Below, in pieces: positions 1 through 8,494 of a stretch of DNA of 64,000 bases. The notes under the pieces were generated by a model. It did not search any database and was not told where the DNA came from. It was given only the letters and a program-made list of their open reading frames with translations. Within the stretch, counting starts at the first letter, position 1. The number at the start of each line of letters is the position of its first letter. The position numbers and the translations under genes are program-made. This DNA comes from a virus. Its lineage: Duplodnaviria > Caudoviricetes. The stretch lies in IMG/VR virus record IMGVR_UViG_3300028392_002123; one strand, given 5' to 3'.

Positions 1-1
1 T

Positions 2-343
2 AGTTTACCTGGCACTACTATTGCGGCTGTTAATGCCATTGTTGATCCAAAAAAATCTTCACCTGGTCATGGATTGCCTGCGGCACAGTTAGGTCAAAGA
101 TACTTGATTATTAATAATGTTCCGGAAATTGATTCATGGAGTAATGTTAGTGCCAAACAATTTGATATCATTGAATTTAATGGTACTGCTTGGGTTGTTA
201 GTTTTAATGCTTTAGCCAATGGCAATTCAAGTGCCTACGTATTAAATATAACAACTGGATTAATATATGAATGGCGTGCCGGACAATGGATTAGTGCATA
301 TGAAGGAACATATCGTACAGGTTGGTGGAGATTGTATCTGTGA
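2..343 (+). CDS. 5'-truncated phage structural protein (probably the C-terminus of a neck/tail-completion protein)
   Basis: The frame of ORF 74..343 is open back to position 2 (SLPGTTIAAVNAIVDPKKSSPGHGLPAAQ...). Its TGA overlaps the GTG of the Nudix gene. Product is inferred from context only. Confidence 0.45.
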   Translation, partial: SLPGTTIAAVNAIVDPKKSSPGHGLPAAQLGQRYLIINNVPEIDSWSNVSAKQFDIIEFNGTAWVVSFNALANGNSSAYVLNITTGLIYEWRAGQWISAYEGTYRTGWWRLYL

Positions 344-816
344 AGCAGTATAAGGCAGTTGGCGGAATTATTGTTAGTAAGAGTACAGGCAATGTATTGA
401 CTTTGTTGCGCTCTAAAAAAGAAAGCCATCCTAACACTTGGACGTTTTGTGGCGGCAAATTAGAAAATAATGAACTAGAGCATAGTGCATTATTAAGAGA
501 GATGAACGAAGAACTGGGCAACATAGAAGTTGATAAAGTAATACCTTTTCACAGATATCAAAGTAGAAGTAAAGATTTTATCTACGATACTTTTATTGTG
601 TTAGTAGATGAAGAATTTACTCCCACCCTTAATTGGGAAAACAGTGGATATGCATGGACTCCCATGGATAATTTGCCTAGTCCTTTGCACAGTAAAACCA
701 GACAAATGTTATCCAGTTCTAGATTAATTAAAAAGTTCGAAACTTTTTGTCAATGGGTTGATAAGAAAAATGGCGGCAGAGATAGTACAATTCCCGAAAA
801 GAATAAAAAAGCCTAA
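340..816 (+). CDS. Nudix hydrolase
   Basis: Complete Nudix box GKLENNELEHSALLREMNEELG (GX5EX7REUXEEXG). GTG start at 340 has a TGGAG SD and a GTGA overlap. Confidence 0.9.
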   Translation: MKQYKAVGGIIVSKSTGNVLTLLRSKKESHPNTWTFCGGKLENNELEHSALLREMNEELGNIEVDKVIPFHRYQSRSKDFIYDTFIVLVDEEFTPTLNWENSGYAWTPMDNLPSPLHSKTRQMLSSSRLIKKFETFCQWVDKKNGGRDSTIPEKNKKA

Positions 817-1174
817 TGTCGTTAAAAGTTTAGACCTGCGACATTGCTGGGACTCGCGGCTACAAAATCCATATCTTAATTCTTTATATAAGTCCGAACT
901 ATCCTATGCAGAACGATGGTACTTACATGCTGTACATTGTTTAAATTTTGACAAAGAAGATCATCCATTGATATCCGTGCTGTTAAATCCGTCTGACTAC
1001 ACGTTAAACCTGTTATATACTTGCGTGAACAATGATTTAAAAATACAACTAAAGGCATTAGAAAGTATTCATTTACCAAACCCTTATGCAATGACCGCAG
1101 ATTATAATATAAGAAGATTAAACAAATGGAAAACTAAGTGGGAATGTTTGATTAATTATCGGGATCGACTTTAA
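770..1174 (+). CDS. hypothetical protein
   Basis: Open frame with ATG at 770; converges on the glycosyltransferase gene; no recognised motif. Confidence 0.65.
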   Translation: MAAEIVQFPKRIKKPNVVKSLDLRHCWDSRLQNPYLNSLYKSELSYAERWYLHAVHCLNFDKEDHPLISVLLNPSDYTLNLLYTCVNNDLKIQLKALESIHLPNPYAMTADYNIRRLNKWKTKWECLINYRDRL

Positions 1175-1787
1175 AGTTTTTAGTACCCAAGTGTCCTAAT
1201 TTTTTTGTCACTGTTAGATCTAAATTTATATCTATTTTTTTGTCCAGTAACATTCTGCAGAACTCAATATCTTCCCCGGTATATTGGCCGTGCCATCCTA
1301 GAACAAACCAAGGTAGTGCTAGTTCGTCAAATACTGTTATATCTATCAGCATGAATCCCATGGCCACTGCTTGACATGTGATCAAGTCTTTGTCAAATTC
1401 TTGTACATGACTATCCCATTTATATATTTCATGCCATGCTGTGACTACAAAAGGTTCTACACGTTTACTATAACCTGCGGCAACAACTGGCAATTTTCTA
1501 TCTATTAATGATATAACACAATCAGGTGTAAACTCCATGTCACTGTCAATAAACATGACATGTGTTGCGCCCCATTCCTGTGCGGCCAATACTAGCTCAT
1601 GTCTTTGGTTTACTATTAGAGTTCCGTGACTAAGAAATAATTTATTATCTATACCTAGTCTAGTTAGTACGCTACTTAAATTGTAAAGACAAAAAGTAGT
1701 AACAGCATGCATTTGATCCCTTGCAGGTATGCATACTGCTAATCTTATACTATTATAGTCGGTGCTGAGTTTATCTAAGAAGTTCAC
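1152..1787 (-). CDS. GT-A fold (GT2-like) glycosyltransferase
   Basis: N-terminal AVCIPARD strand, HVMFIDSDM (DxD), and late GMGFMLI...GEDIEFC motif. Confidence 0.8.
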   Translation of the reverse strand: MNFLDKLSTDYNSIRLAVCIPARDQMHAVTTFCLYNLSSVLTRLGIDNKLFLSHGTLIVNQRHELVLAAQEWGATHVMFIDSDMEFTPDCVISLIDRKLPVVAAGYSKRVEPFVVTAWHEIYKWDSHVQEFDKDLITCQAVAMGFMLIDITVFDELALPWFVLGWHGQYTGEDIEFCRMLLDKKIDINLDLTVTKKLGHLGTKNFKVDPDN

Positions 1788-2371
1788 AGATTGCTTTTTA
1801 ATTTAATGCCGCGTTTTTCTATAGGTTGTGGATCAGGAGATACTTCTTTTTCCGGTGCATTTGCCCTAATTCCAATGTCTTCTTCTGCTTTGATTGTTGC
1901 TTGTTTAATTGCATTAGCTAGTTTGACACAGAGTTGAGTTGCCTTAACATACCCTTCTTCAGGCAACATGGTCATTTTTTCCATGGTGTCTTTACTGATT
2001 TGTCCTGCTGTTATGATTTCAATAGCTGATGTTTTTCCTAGTTTATCTATCCAGAAATTTAATTCTTTTTCTTCCCATTTAGATACTAGATCACACAGGT
2101 TATCAATTTTATAGTTGTCTAACCATTCTTTCAGTGCATCAATGTTAGCTTGATTGTTATTCTTTTCATATTCTGTGGTTGCTAGATTCGCAGAACTTAG
2201 TTCTCTAATTTTGTTTACTACTTCGATTACTCTACGTGGAAATCCAATGGATGATGTAGTCGCATTAAAGTTTTCTAATTCAAATTGACTGGGTATCATG
2301 TAGGGTACAATATCAAATAGTTTTTGATACTTGTCTGTGTCGGTTGTAGCTGTTGATTTCTTTGTGGCCAT
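1784..2371 (-). CDS. hypothetical protein, fibre-gene associated
   Basis: 195-aa ORF with GAGG SD; ATGA overlap with the glycosyltransferase gene. Confidence 0.75.
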   Translation of the reverse strand: MATKKSTATTDTDKYQKLFDIVPYMIPSQFELENFNATTSSIGFPRRVIEVVNKIRELSSANLATTEYEKNNNQANIDALKEWLDNYKIDNLCDLVSKWEEKELNFWIDKLGKTSAIEIITAGQISKDTMEKMTMLPEEGYVKATQLCVKLANAIKQATIKAEEDIGIRANAPEKEVSPDPQPIEKRGIKLKSNL

Positions 2372-2373
2372 AA

Positions 2374-2404
2374 AAATACCTCGATGTTATTCGAGGTATT
2401 TATA
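2374..2404 (-). promoter_or_regulatory. T4-type late promoter TATAAATA overlapping an RBS-sequestering hairpin
   Basis: Plus strand AAATACCTCGA-TGTTAT-TCGAGGTATTT (11-bp perfect stem, 2374-2401). Minus-strand TATAAATA at 2404-2397. The SD GAGG lies in the 3' arm. Confidence 0.75.
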
Positions 2405-2421
2405 AGTTTATATCTTAAGAA

Positions 2422-2616
2422 TTAGTATGTATATGGAATAGTTTGGCCACCAAAACGTGAGCTCAAACTAATTTGTGTGCTCGCGGATTGTCCAACGTAT
2501 GCACCTAATGTAGCACTTAATCTAATGTTTTGGCCACCTGCGGCCGCCACGTTACTATAAGCTTTTTTTACACGACCCATTACAATTTCGGTTCCTGTTG
2601 CTGGTAAAATAGCCAT
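2422..2616 (-). CDS. small Gly/Ala/Ser-rich putative virion protein
   Basis: 64 aa, AAGGAA SD, its own upstream GATAAATA; directly downstream of a fibre gene. Confidence 0.7.
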   Translation of the reverse strand: MAILPATGTEIVMGRVKKAYSNVAAAGGQNIRLSATLGAYVGQSASTQISLSSRFGGQTIPYTY

Positions 2617-2639
2617 TTTAGAATTCCTTTATTTCATAT

Positions 2640-2647
2640 TATTTATC
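2640..2647 (-). promoter_or_regulatory. late promoter GATAAATA
   Basis: TAAATA core between a terminator and the start at 2616. Confidence 0.6.
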
Positions 2648-2666
2648 ACTTCAAAGTGAAAATAAG

Positions 2667-2690
2667 TGGAAGGTAGTTGCCTACCTTCCA
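2667..2690 (-). terminator. intrinsic terminator
   Basis: TGGAAGGTAG-GCAA-CTACCTTCCA on the minus strand (10-bp stem, GNRA loop), followed by CTTATTTT; just after the fibre gene stop. Confidence 0.8.
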
Positions 2691-2702
2691 AAAATACCAG
2701 TA

Positions 2703-4508
2703 TTATAGTTCTGGCTTAGAACCAACTTGTGCTTCAAGAACTTTAACTTTTGCACTTAGCTCTTTAACTGCTTCGATTAACAATGCTGTTAGCTTGTCGT
2801 AACGAACTGTTTTGTAGCCTTTAAATGCAGAATCGCATACCAACTCAGGAGCAACTGCTTCGACTTCTTGAGCAATAACACCCATCTGGTGACGATTATC
2901 AATGCCTAATGCTAGAGCAGTTTCGTTTGGATCAAATGTAACACCGTTGATTGCTTCAACTTTATCCAAAGCATCTGCAATAGTAACAATGTTTGTCTTC
3001 AATTTCAAGTCAGAGTAGTAAGCTGTAACTTCACCAGTAGCAGTAATTGCACCAGTAACTGTTAAAGCACCTGTTGAACATGCGCTACTTGTGCTTACTG
3101 CACCAGTGTGTGTACCACTTGTGTTGCTACTTGAAGTGATATAACTACTTGGGTTAGTAGCATTGTATGGTGTAAAGCCTAAAGCTGTTGTTACGTTAGC
3201 ACTTGTAATACCAGTGATATAACCAGCACCGTTAGTCAATTGGTTATTGTTAGTTACGTTGGTAGCACCTGCGGCAATACCGTCTAACTTGGCGGCATAT
3301 GTACTTGTCATATAACCGTTTACACTGGCCGTGGCCGCTGCCATACTGATTGTAGTTGCACCACTTGTTGTACTTGCACTAACTGGAGCTGTACCAGTAA
3401 TGCTTAAAATACCAGTGTTAGTAATTGTAACTGCACCAGTAGCACCACTTACGCTAATACCAGTACCAGCAACATTACTTGTTACACCAGCGTTAGAAAT
3501 TGTTGTACCACTTACGCCAATGCCTGTACCAGCTGTTGTAACTGTAATGGCTGCACTACCGTCAAAACTTACACCGTTAATTGTGCGAGCTGTTTGTAGT
3601 GTAGTTGCTGTTGAAGCATTACCACTTAAAGCACCGTAAACTGTTGTGACGTTTAAGTTCTTATTGAAGTTCCAACGATCGTCAGCACTTGTATAAGTTA
3701 ATGTTGCAGGAGTAGCTGGGCCGTCGATGGTTAAGCCAGCACCGTTTGCTTGTGCGGCTGTTGTGGCATTCTTAGCAAGTTCAATATTTAAGTCTGCCAC
3801 GGCTACTGTAGTCGAGTTAACTGTTGTAGTTGTGCCGCTGACTGTTAAGTTACCAGAAACTGTTAAGTCACCTGGTGTTGTCAATGAGCTTGGTAAACTT
3901 AATGTTACACCGCCTGTGCTAGCACTGGCTGTAATTTGGTTAGTTGTACCAGAAATAGTTGTTACACCAGTATTGCTAACTGTTGTACCACTTACGCCAA
4001 TACCTGTACCGGCTGTAACAACGGTAATGTTTGCACTACCATCAAAGCTTACGCCTTGAATGTTACGAGCTGTTTTTAATGTTGTAGCTGTATCAGCATT
4101 ACCTGTTAGCGCACCTGTAAAACCAGTTGAAGAAACTGAAGTTAAACCAGCTAGTGTGGTTGAGCTTGCACCTAATGCGATTGCTGTTGAACCAATTGTT
4201 GTTGAACTATTGGCCAAGTTAGCATTAGTAATACCTGCTGTACCGCTTAGGTTGCTGTTTGTTAAACCAGTGATAGTATTGCTACCTGCGGCAATAGTTT
4301 TATTTGTTAAAGTTTGTGTACCAGCAATAGATGCTAGTGTACCTGTTGTTGGTAAAGTAACAGTTGTTGCACCAGTTGTTGTTAGCGTAAGTGCATTATT
4401 TGCACTTAACGATAAACTGTTGCCTGTTGCACCAATATTAGTAATGGTATTACCATTACTGCTAAGACCGTTTACGCCGATCAGAGGCGTTTTTGAAGAT
4501 GTTGCCAT
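2703..4508 (-). CDS. tail fibre protein with C-terminal peptidase S74 intramolecular chaperone
   Basis: Thr/Gly/Ser-rich beta repeats; C-terminal YYSDLKLKTNI...GVIAQEVEAVAPELV...VRYDKLTALLIEAVKEL coiled coil. Confidence 0.85.
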   Translation of the reverse strand: MATSSKTPLIGVNGLSSNGNTITNIGATGNSLSLSANNALTLTTTGATTVTLPTTGTLASIAGTQTLTNKTIAAGSNTITGLTNSNLSGTAGITNANLANSSTTIGSTAIALGASSTTLAGLTSVSSTGFTGALTGNADTATTLKTARNIQGVSFDGSANITVVTAGTGIGVSGTTVSNTGVTTISGTTNQITASASTGGVTLSLPSSLTTPGDLTVSGNLTVSGTTTTVNSTTVAVADLNIELAKNATTAAQANGAGLTIDGPATPATLTYTSADDRWNFNKNLNVTTVYGALSGNASTATTLQTARTINGVSFDGSAAITVTTAGTGIGVSGTTISNAGVTSNVAGTGISVSGATGAVTITNTGILSITGTAPVSASTTSGATTISMAAATASVNGYMTSTYAAKLDGIAAGATNVTNNNQLTNGAGYITGITSANVTTALGFTPYNATNPSSYITSSSNTSGTHTGAVSTSSACSTGALTVTGAITATGEVTAYYSDLKLKTNIVTIADALDKVEAINGVTFDPNETALALGIDNRHQMGVIAQEVEAVAPELVCDSAFKGYKTVRYDKLTALLIEAVKELSAKVKVLEAQVGSKPEL

Positions 4509-4530
4509 TTTTAGTTTCCCTTTCCACTAA

Positions 4531-4557
4531 AAGTTAGGGGAATCTTTCCCCTAACTT
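4531..4557 (-). terminator. hairpin (terminator, attenuator or processing site) between two fibre genes
   Basis: AAGTTAGGGGAA-TCT-TTCCCCTAACTT, 12-bp perfect stem with only a short U tract. Confidence 0.6.
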
Positions 4558-4570
4558 GCTTGGCTAATTA

Positions 4571-7500
4571 TTATACCTTGTACGCGATTGCTTTGACTTT
4601 GAACTTAGTATTTGCGTTTGTTGGTGTTACCAATAGACGTAAATTGCCGCCGGAAATATCAGCGTCAAATGATGCCAATGATGTAGCGGCAGTTGTTATT
4701 AACTGCTGGTCACCTAAGAAAACTACGTTACTAGAGTTATAAGTTACAGTTTCTTGCCATACTTCCTTGTCAGTTGCTGTTTCAACACTGATAATGTAAG
4801 TAACAGATGTATAACCTGAAGCTGAAATACTGTCAAGTACTTGGTTAGCTGTTGTTGCTGTTGCATTTAAGTAAACAACATACTCGTCAGCAATACTTGT
4901 GCTACCTGTTTTGAACGTTGTTACACCACCAATTACAGGAGCAGTCAATGTCTTGTTAGTTAAAGTCTGTGTACCTGTTAGTGTAGTAACTGTAGAGTCG
5001 ATAGCAACTGTTACTGCGGCTGTTTCTGATCCAGAACCAGTTACTGTCATACCTGTACCAGCTGTTACTGTAGCAACATAGTTACCAGTTGTATCAGTAC
5101 CTAGTGTAACTGCATCGCCGGTTACTGTAGCATTCAATGTTACGTTAGCACTACCGTCAATGCTTACGCTACCTGATAAGTCACCACCTAGTGTAATTGT
5201 ACGAGCTGTTGTCCACTTAGTTGCTGTGTCAGCATTACCTGTTAATGCACCAGTAAAGCCTGTTGATGTAACACTTGTTAAACCAGCCAATGTAGTTGCA
5301 CTTGCACCTAAACTGATGTCTGTTGTACCAACAGTTACTTTACTGTTTGTCAAGCTAGTATTACCAATGTTTGATAATGTGTTTGAACTACCACTGATTG
5401 TCTTGTTAGTCAATGTTTGTGTTGCAGTAGTACCGACGATGCTAGTGAATGTTGTACCATCGTTTGTGAACTGCCATGCACTTCCGCTTTCGTTCCAGCG
5501 TAATTGAACCGCAGTACTATCACCACGCATTACTCTGAAGCCGACGTTTTCTGTAGGTGTACCACTTGTTACATCGCTGTTCAAATCAACTAAGTTATCA
5601 GCAATAGCCAAGTTTGTTACATTGATGTTGGCAATAGTACCGCTAACTGTCAAGCTACCGTCTACTGTTAGTGCGCCTGTAACTTTTACATCGTCGTCTA
5701 ATTTAACAATGCCTGAACCAGTACCTGTTAATACTAAGTCTGTGTTATTAGACTTACTTGTCAAGCTGTCAACACCAATTTGGTTACCGAAAGCAATCTT
5801 GTTACCATCGCTTGAAGTAATGTTATTACCAGCATAAACAACCATTGGACCCTTCATGTTTAAGGTACCTGTTCCAGATGGAGCAAATTCGACGTTACCT
5901 GTACCGCTTGTTTGGATGCTGACGTTTTGGTTTATATCGGCAGAAACAACGATGTTGTTGTTTGTTGTTGACAATACTTGTTGGTTGTTAATATATAAAG
6001 AACCTGGACCAACGTATACAGAGTGGAACATCTTTGATGGGCTACCTAAGTTGTACGTGTTATCCACCGTTGGGATAATGTTACCGCTAACAGTTGCACC
6101 ATTGATGTTTGGATTTGTTAAAGTCTTGTTAGTTAAAGTCTGTGTGCCAGTTAATGTAGCAACTGTTGAATCAATTGCCACTGTTACTGCGGCTGAACCG
6201 TTATAACTAGTACCAGTTAAACCTGTACCAATTGTTAACGCATTAGCGGCTTGGGCTGTAACTGTTGTGCTACCACCTAATGCAACAGAAGAACCGTTGA
6301 TTGTAATACTGTTGTTGCTTAGTGAGCTATTTGGAATGCTACTTAAACTAAATGCACCAGTAGAACTGTTATAAGAAATACCTGTACCGGCTGTAACACT
6401 AACTGCACTACGTGCGCGATTTGTAGTAAAATATTGGTTAGTTGAACCTTCTGAAATGTCATCAGTGCCTAATGTACGTGTACCACCTAATGCAACAGAA
6501 GAACCGTTGATTGTAATACTGTTGTTGCTTAGTGAGCTATTTGGAATACTACCTAAACTAAATGCACCAGTAGAGCTGTTATAAGAAATACCAGTTCCGC
6601 TTGTTGCACTCAATGCTGTACGAGCACGAGCTTGTGTAAAATATTGGTTAGTACCTTCTGTTAAATCTGTTGTAGTAACTGCGATTGGATTGTAAACAGA
6701 ACCATCGTTGGTAAATGTCCATTTCTGTGAACCTTCATTCCAACGAATTTGTGTATTTGTACTATCACCACGGTTAACTTCAATACCAGCGTTCTGGGTC
6801 GGTGTACCTGTCCAGTCACTGTTCAAAGTGAGAATGTTGTCAGCAACTGCAACAGTATTTGAATTTACTGTGGTTGTTGTACCGTTAACTGTAAAGTTGC
6901 CAGAAATTACAACACCTGTGTTATCAACTGTAAGAGCAGTAGTACCGTCAACTGTAACTGTTACTACACCAAGACCTGTGTCTGTTACTGTAACATTGGT
7001 GTCACCTTTAGTGATACTTGATGTTGAAATTGCACCAATTGCTGTATCAACATAACCTTTTGTAGCCGCATCAGTGTTTGTGGTAGGTGTTGTTACATTG
7101 ATAATTTTATGATTTTGCATGTCGATAGTGTTAGCAAATAAAATCTTTGTATTTGCACTATCTTTGATTTGTTTAGTACTTGTAATTGTTAAATCACCAG
7201 TAACTGTTGCGGCACCAATGTTTAATGTACCTGTACCTGTTGCTGATAATTGTACGTCTTGGTTAGTTGCACCACCTAAAACCATTGCACCTGTATTTGA
7301 TGTACTTGCAATTGGGCTACCGTTAACATAAATTGTACCTGGACCTACATAAAGGTCTTTCCACTGCTTATCTATACTACCTAATGAATATGTAACATCG
7401 GTCGCTGGAATGACGTTGCCAGTCATACCCAAATTGCCAGTCAATGTTAGGCCAGCAAATGTTGGACTGCCTGATGTAGTTAAATTTTGTGTTGTGCTAA

Positions 7501-7804
7501 TTGCACCAGTACCACTATTATATGTGATACCAGAACCTGCATTGATTGCGCTTCTTGCGCGAGCTTGTGTAAAATATTGGTTGGAACCTTCGCTGATATC
7601 TGTTGTAGATAAAACAACGCTACCAGTTTTTGTATTAACACTGGTTACGCCACCGATTTGAACAACACTAGGTGTGCCGTCGTCTTTTTTGATATAGATC
7701 AAACCGTCATAGGTGTTGATCGCAATTTCGCCTAGAGCTAACTGGCTGGTTGTTGGAACCTTACCAGATTGTGCGCTACGCTTTAGAATAATTGTATTGG
7801 CCAT
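4571..7804 (-). CDS. long fibre/virion structural protein (1077 aa)
   Basis: N-terminal IILKRS...KVPTTSQLALGEIAINTYDGLIY attachment-type domain; TDISEGSNQYFTQARAR repeats; two TVxGTxxxVNxxxxAxADN modules. Confidence 0.8.
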   Translation of the reverse strand: MANTIILKRSAQSGKVPTTSQLALGEIAINTYDGLIYIKKDDGTPSVVQIGGVTSVNTKTGSVVLSTTDISEGSNQYFTQARARSAINAGSGITYNSGTGAISTTQNLTTSGSPTFAGLTLTGNLGMTGNVIPATDVTYSLGSIDKQWKDLYVGPGTIYVNGSPIASTSNTGAMVLGGATNQDVQLSATGTGTLNIGAATVTGDLTITSTKQIKDSANTKILFANTIDMQNHKIINVTTPTTNTDAATKGYVDTAIGAISTSSITKGDTNVTVTDTGLGVVTVTVDGTTALTVDNTGVVISGNFTVNGTTTTVNSNTVAVADNILTLNSDWTGTPTQNAGIEVNRGDSTNTQIRWNEGSQKWTFTNDGSVYNPIAVTTTDLTEGTNQYFTQARARTALSATSGTGISYNSSTGAFSLGSIPNSSLSNNSITINGSSVALGGTRTLGTDDISEGSTNQYFTTNRARSAVSVTAGTGISYNSSTGAFSLSSIPNSSLSNNSITINGSSVALGGSTTVTAQAANALTIGTGLTGTSYNGSAAVTVAIDSTVATLTGTQTLTNKTLTNPNINGATVSGNIIPTVDNTYNLGSPSKMFHSVYVGPGSLYINNQQVLSTTNNNIVVSADINQNVSIQTSGTGNVEFAPSGTGTLNMKGPMVVYAGNNITSSDGNKIAFGNQIGVDSLTSKSNNTDLVLTGTGSGIVKLDDDVKVTGALTVDGSLTVSGTIANINVTNLAIADNLVDLNSDVTSGTPTENVGFRVMRGDSTAVQLRWNESGSAWQFTNDGTTFTSIVGTTATQTLTNKTISGSSNTLSNIGNTSLTNSKVTVGTTDISLGASATTLAGLTSVTSTGFTGALTGNADTATKWTTARTITLGGDLSGSVSIDGSANVTLNATVTGDAVTLGTDTTGNYVATVTAGTGMTVTGSGSETAAVTVAIDSTVTTLTGTQTLTNKTLTAPVIGGVTTFKTGSTSIADEYVVYLNATATTANQVLDSISASGYTSVTYIISVETATDKEVWQETVTYNSSNVVFLGDQQLITTAATSLASFDADISGGNLRLLVTPTNANTKFKVKAIAYKV
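6271..6547. repeat. intragenic direct repeat, 210-nt (70-aa) period
   Basis: 6271-6337 and 6481-6547 are identical over 67 nt, with near-identity continuing downstream. Confidence 0.9.
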
Positions 7805-7861
7805 TTGAGTATATACCCCTCTTGAATTTTTAGAACGATCGATTTCTAATATTCTCGAAAG

Positions 7862-7869
7862 TATTTATC
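7862..7869 (-). promoter_or_regulatory. late promoter GATAAATA
   Basis: Intergenic TAAATA core upstream of the 1077-aa fibre gene. Confidence 0.6.
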
Positions 7870-7896
7870 AAATTTTGGCTTTACTCTACTAAAACA

Positions 7897-8397
7897 CTAG
7901 AATTCGCCGCCATCAAGGTTGATATCTACAGCAGTTATATTATCAACTTCGCCTGTTTCATCTAGGGTTATCATCAAAGTTTTATTAGCTGAACCATAAG
8001 AACCACTAATATCAGTGGTACCTATTCGGTTTTCTTTGGCAAATGTTAAACCAGTTATTCCAGGAGTTATCACTCCCTGTGTTATTAAAGTCCAAGTTGT
8101 TTGTGAAAAAGTATTACCTTCTTCAACATACACTTTATTTCCTGAACTCAATTCAAAAATACTATCGGCATCTTCTGACCTTTTTAACCTACGAGTAGCC
8201 GATGACCACGAATATATGCCATTTTCTGCAGATGAATTTTGGCCTAGCAATAAAATTCTATCTTTATCACTTAAAGTGATGCCATCTATTATAGTCACAG
8301 TACCGCTAACACCAACATTAGAACGTGTGGCTACCCGAACACTATCTTTATAGTCAGAAACAGCACTGACAAAATTTTTACCTCTGAATATTGGCAT
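7897..8397 (-). CDS. putative virion structural protein
   Basis: SVRVAT...IDGITLSDKDRILLLGQNSSAENGIY domain typical of phage structural genes; ends LDGGEF. Confidence 0.7.
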   Translation of the reverse strand: MPIFRGKNFVSAVSDYKDSVRVATRSNVGVSGTVTIIDGITLSDKDRILLLGQNSSAENGIYSWSSATRRLKRSEDADSIFELSSGNKVYVEEGNTFSQTTWTLITQGVITPGITGLTFAKENRIGTTDISGSYGSANKTLMITLDETGEVDNITAVDINLDGGEF

Positions 8398-8422
8398 CTT
8401 TAAACCTAAACTGTAATAGTTA

Positions 8423-8430
8423 TATTTATA
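8423..8430 (-). promoter_or_regulatory. late promoter TATAAATA
   Basis: Exact T4 late consensus upstream of the start at 8397. Confidence 0.7.
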
Positions 8431-8447
8431 TCAAAACGAAAATAAGA

Positions 8448-8469
8448 AAAGGTACGTTTCCGTACCTTT
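8448..8469 (-). terminator. intrinsic terminator
   Basis: AAAGGTACG-GAAA-CGTACCTTT on the minus strand, followed by TCTTATTTT. Confidence 0.8.
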
Positions 8470-8494
8470 CCTATAAATTAATCAATTAAATTGA

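Noticed and set aside
3331-7661. Many Val/Pro-rich plus-strand ORFs
   Set aside because: Antisense shadows of Thr/Gly-rich fibre genes (ACN codons read as Val); no RBS or motifs.
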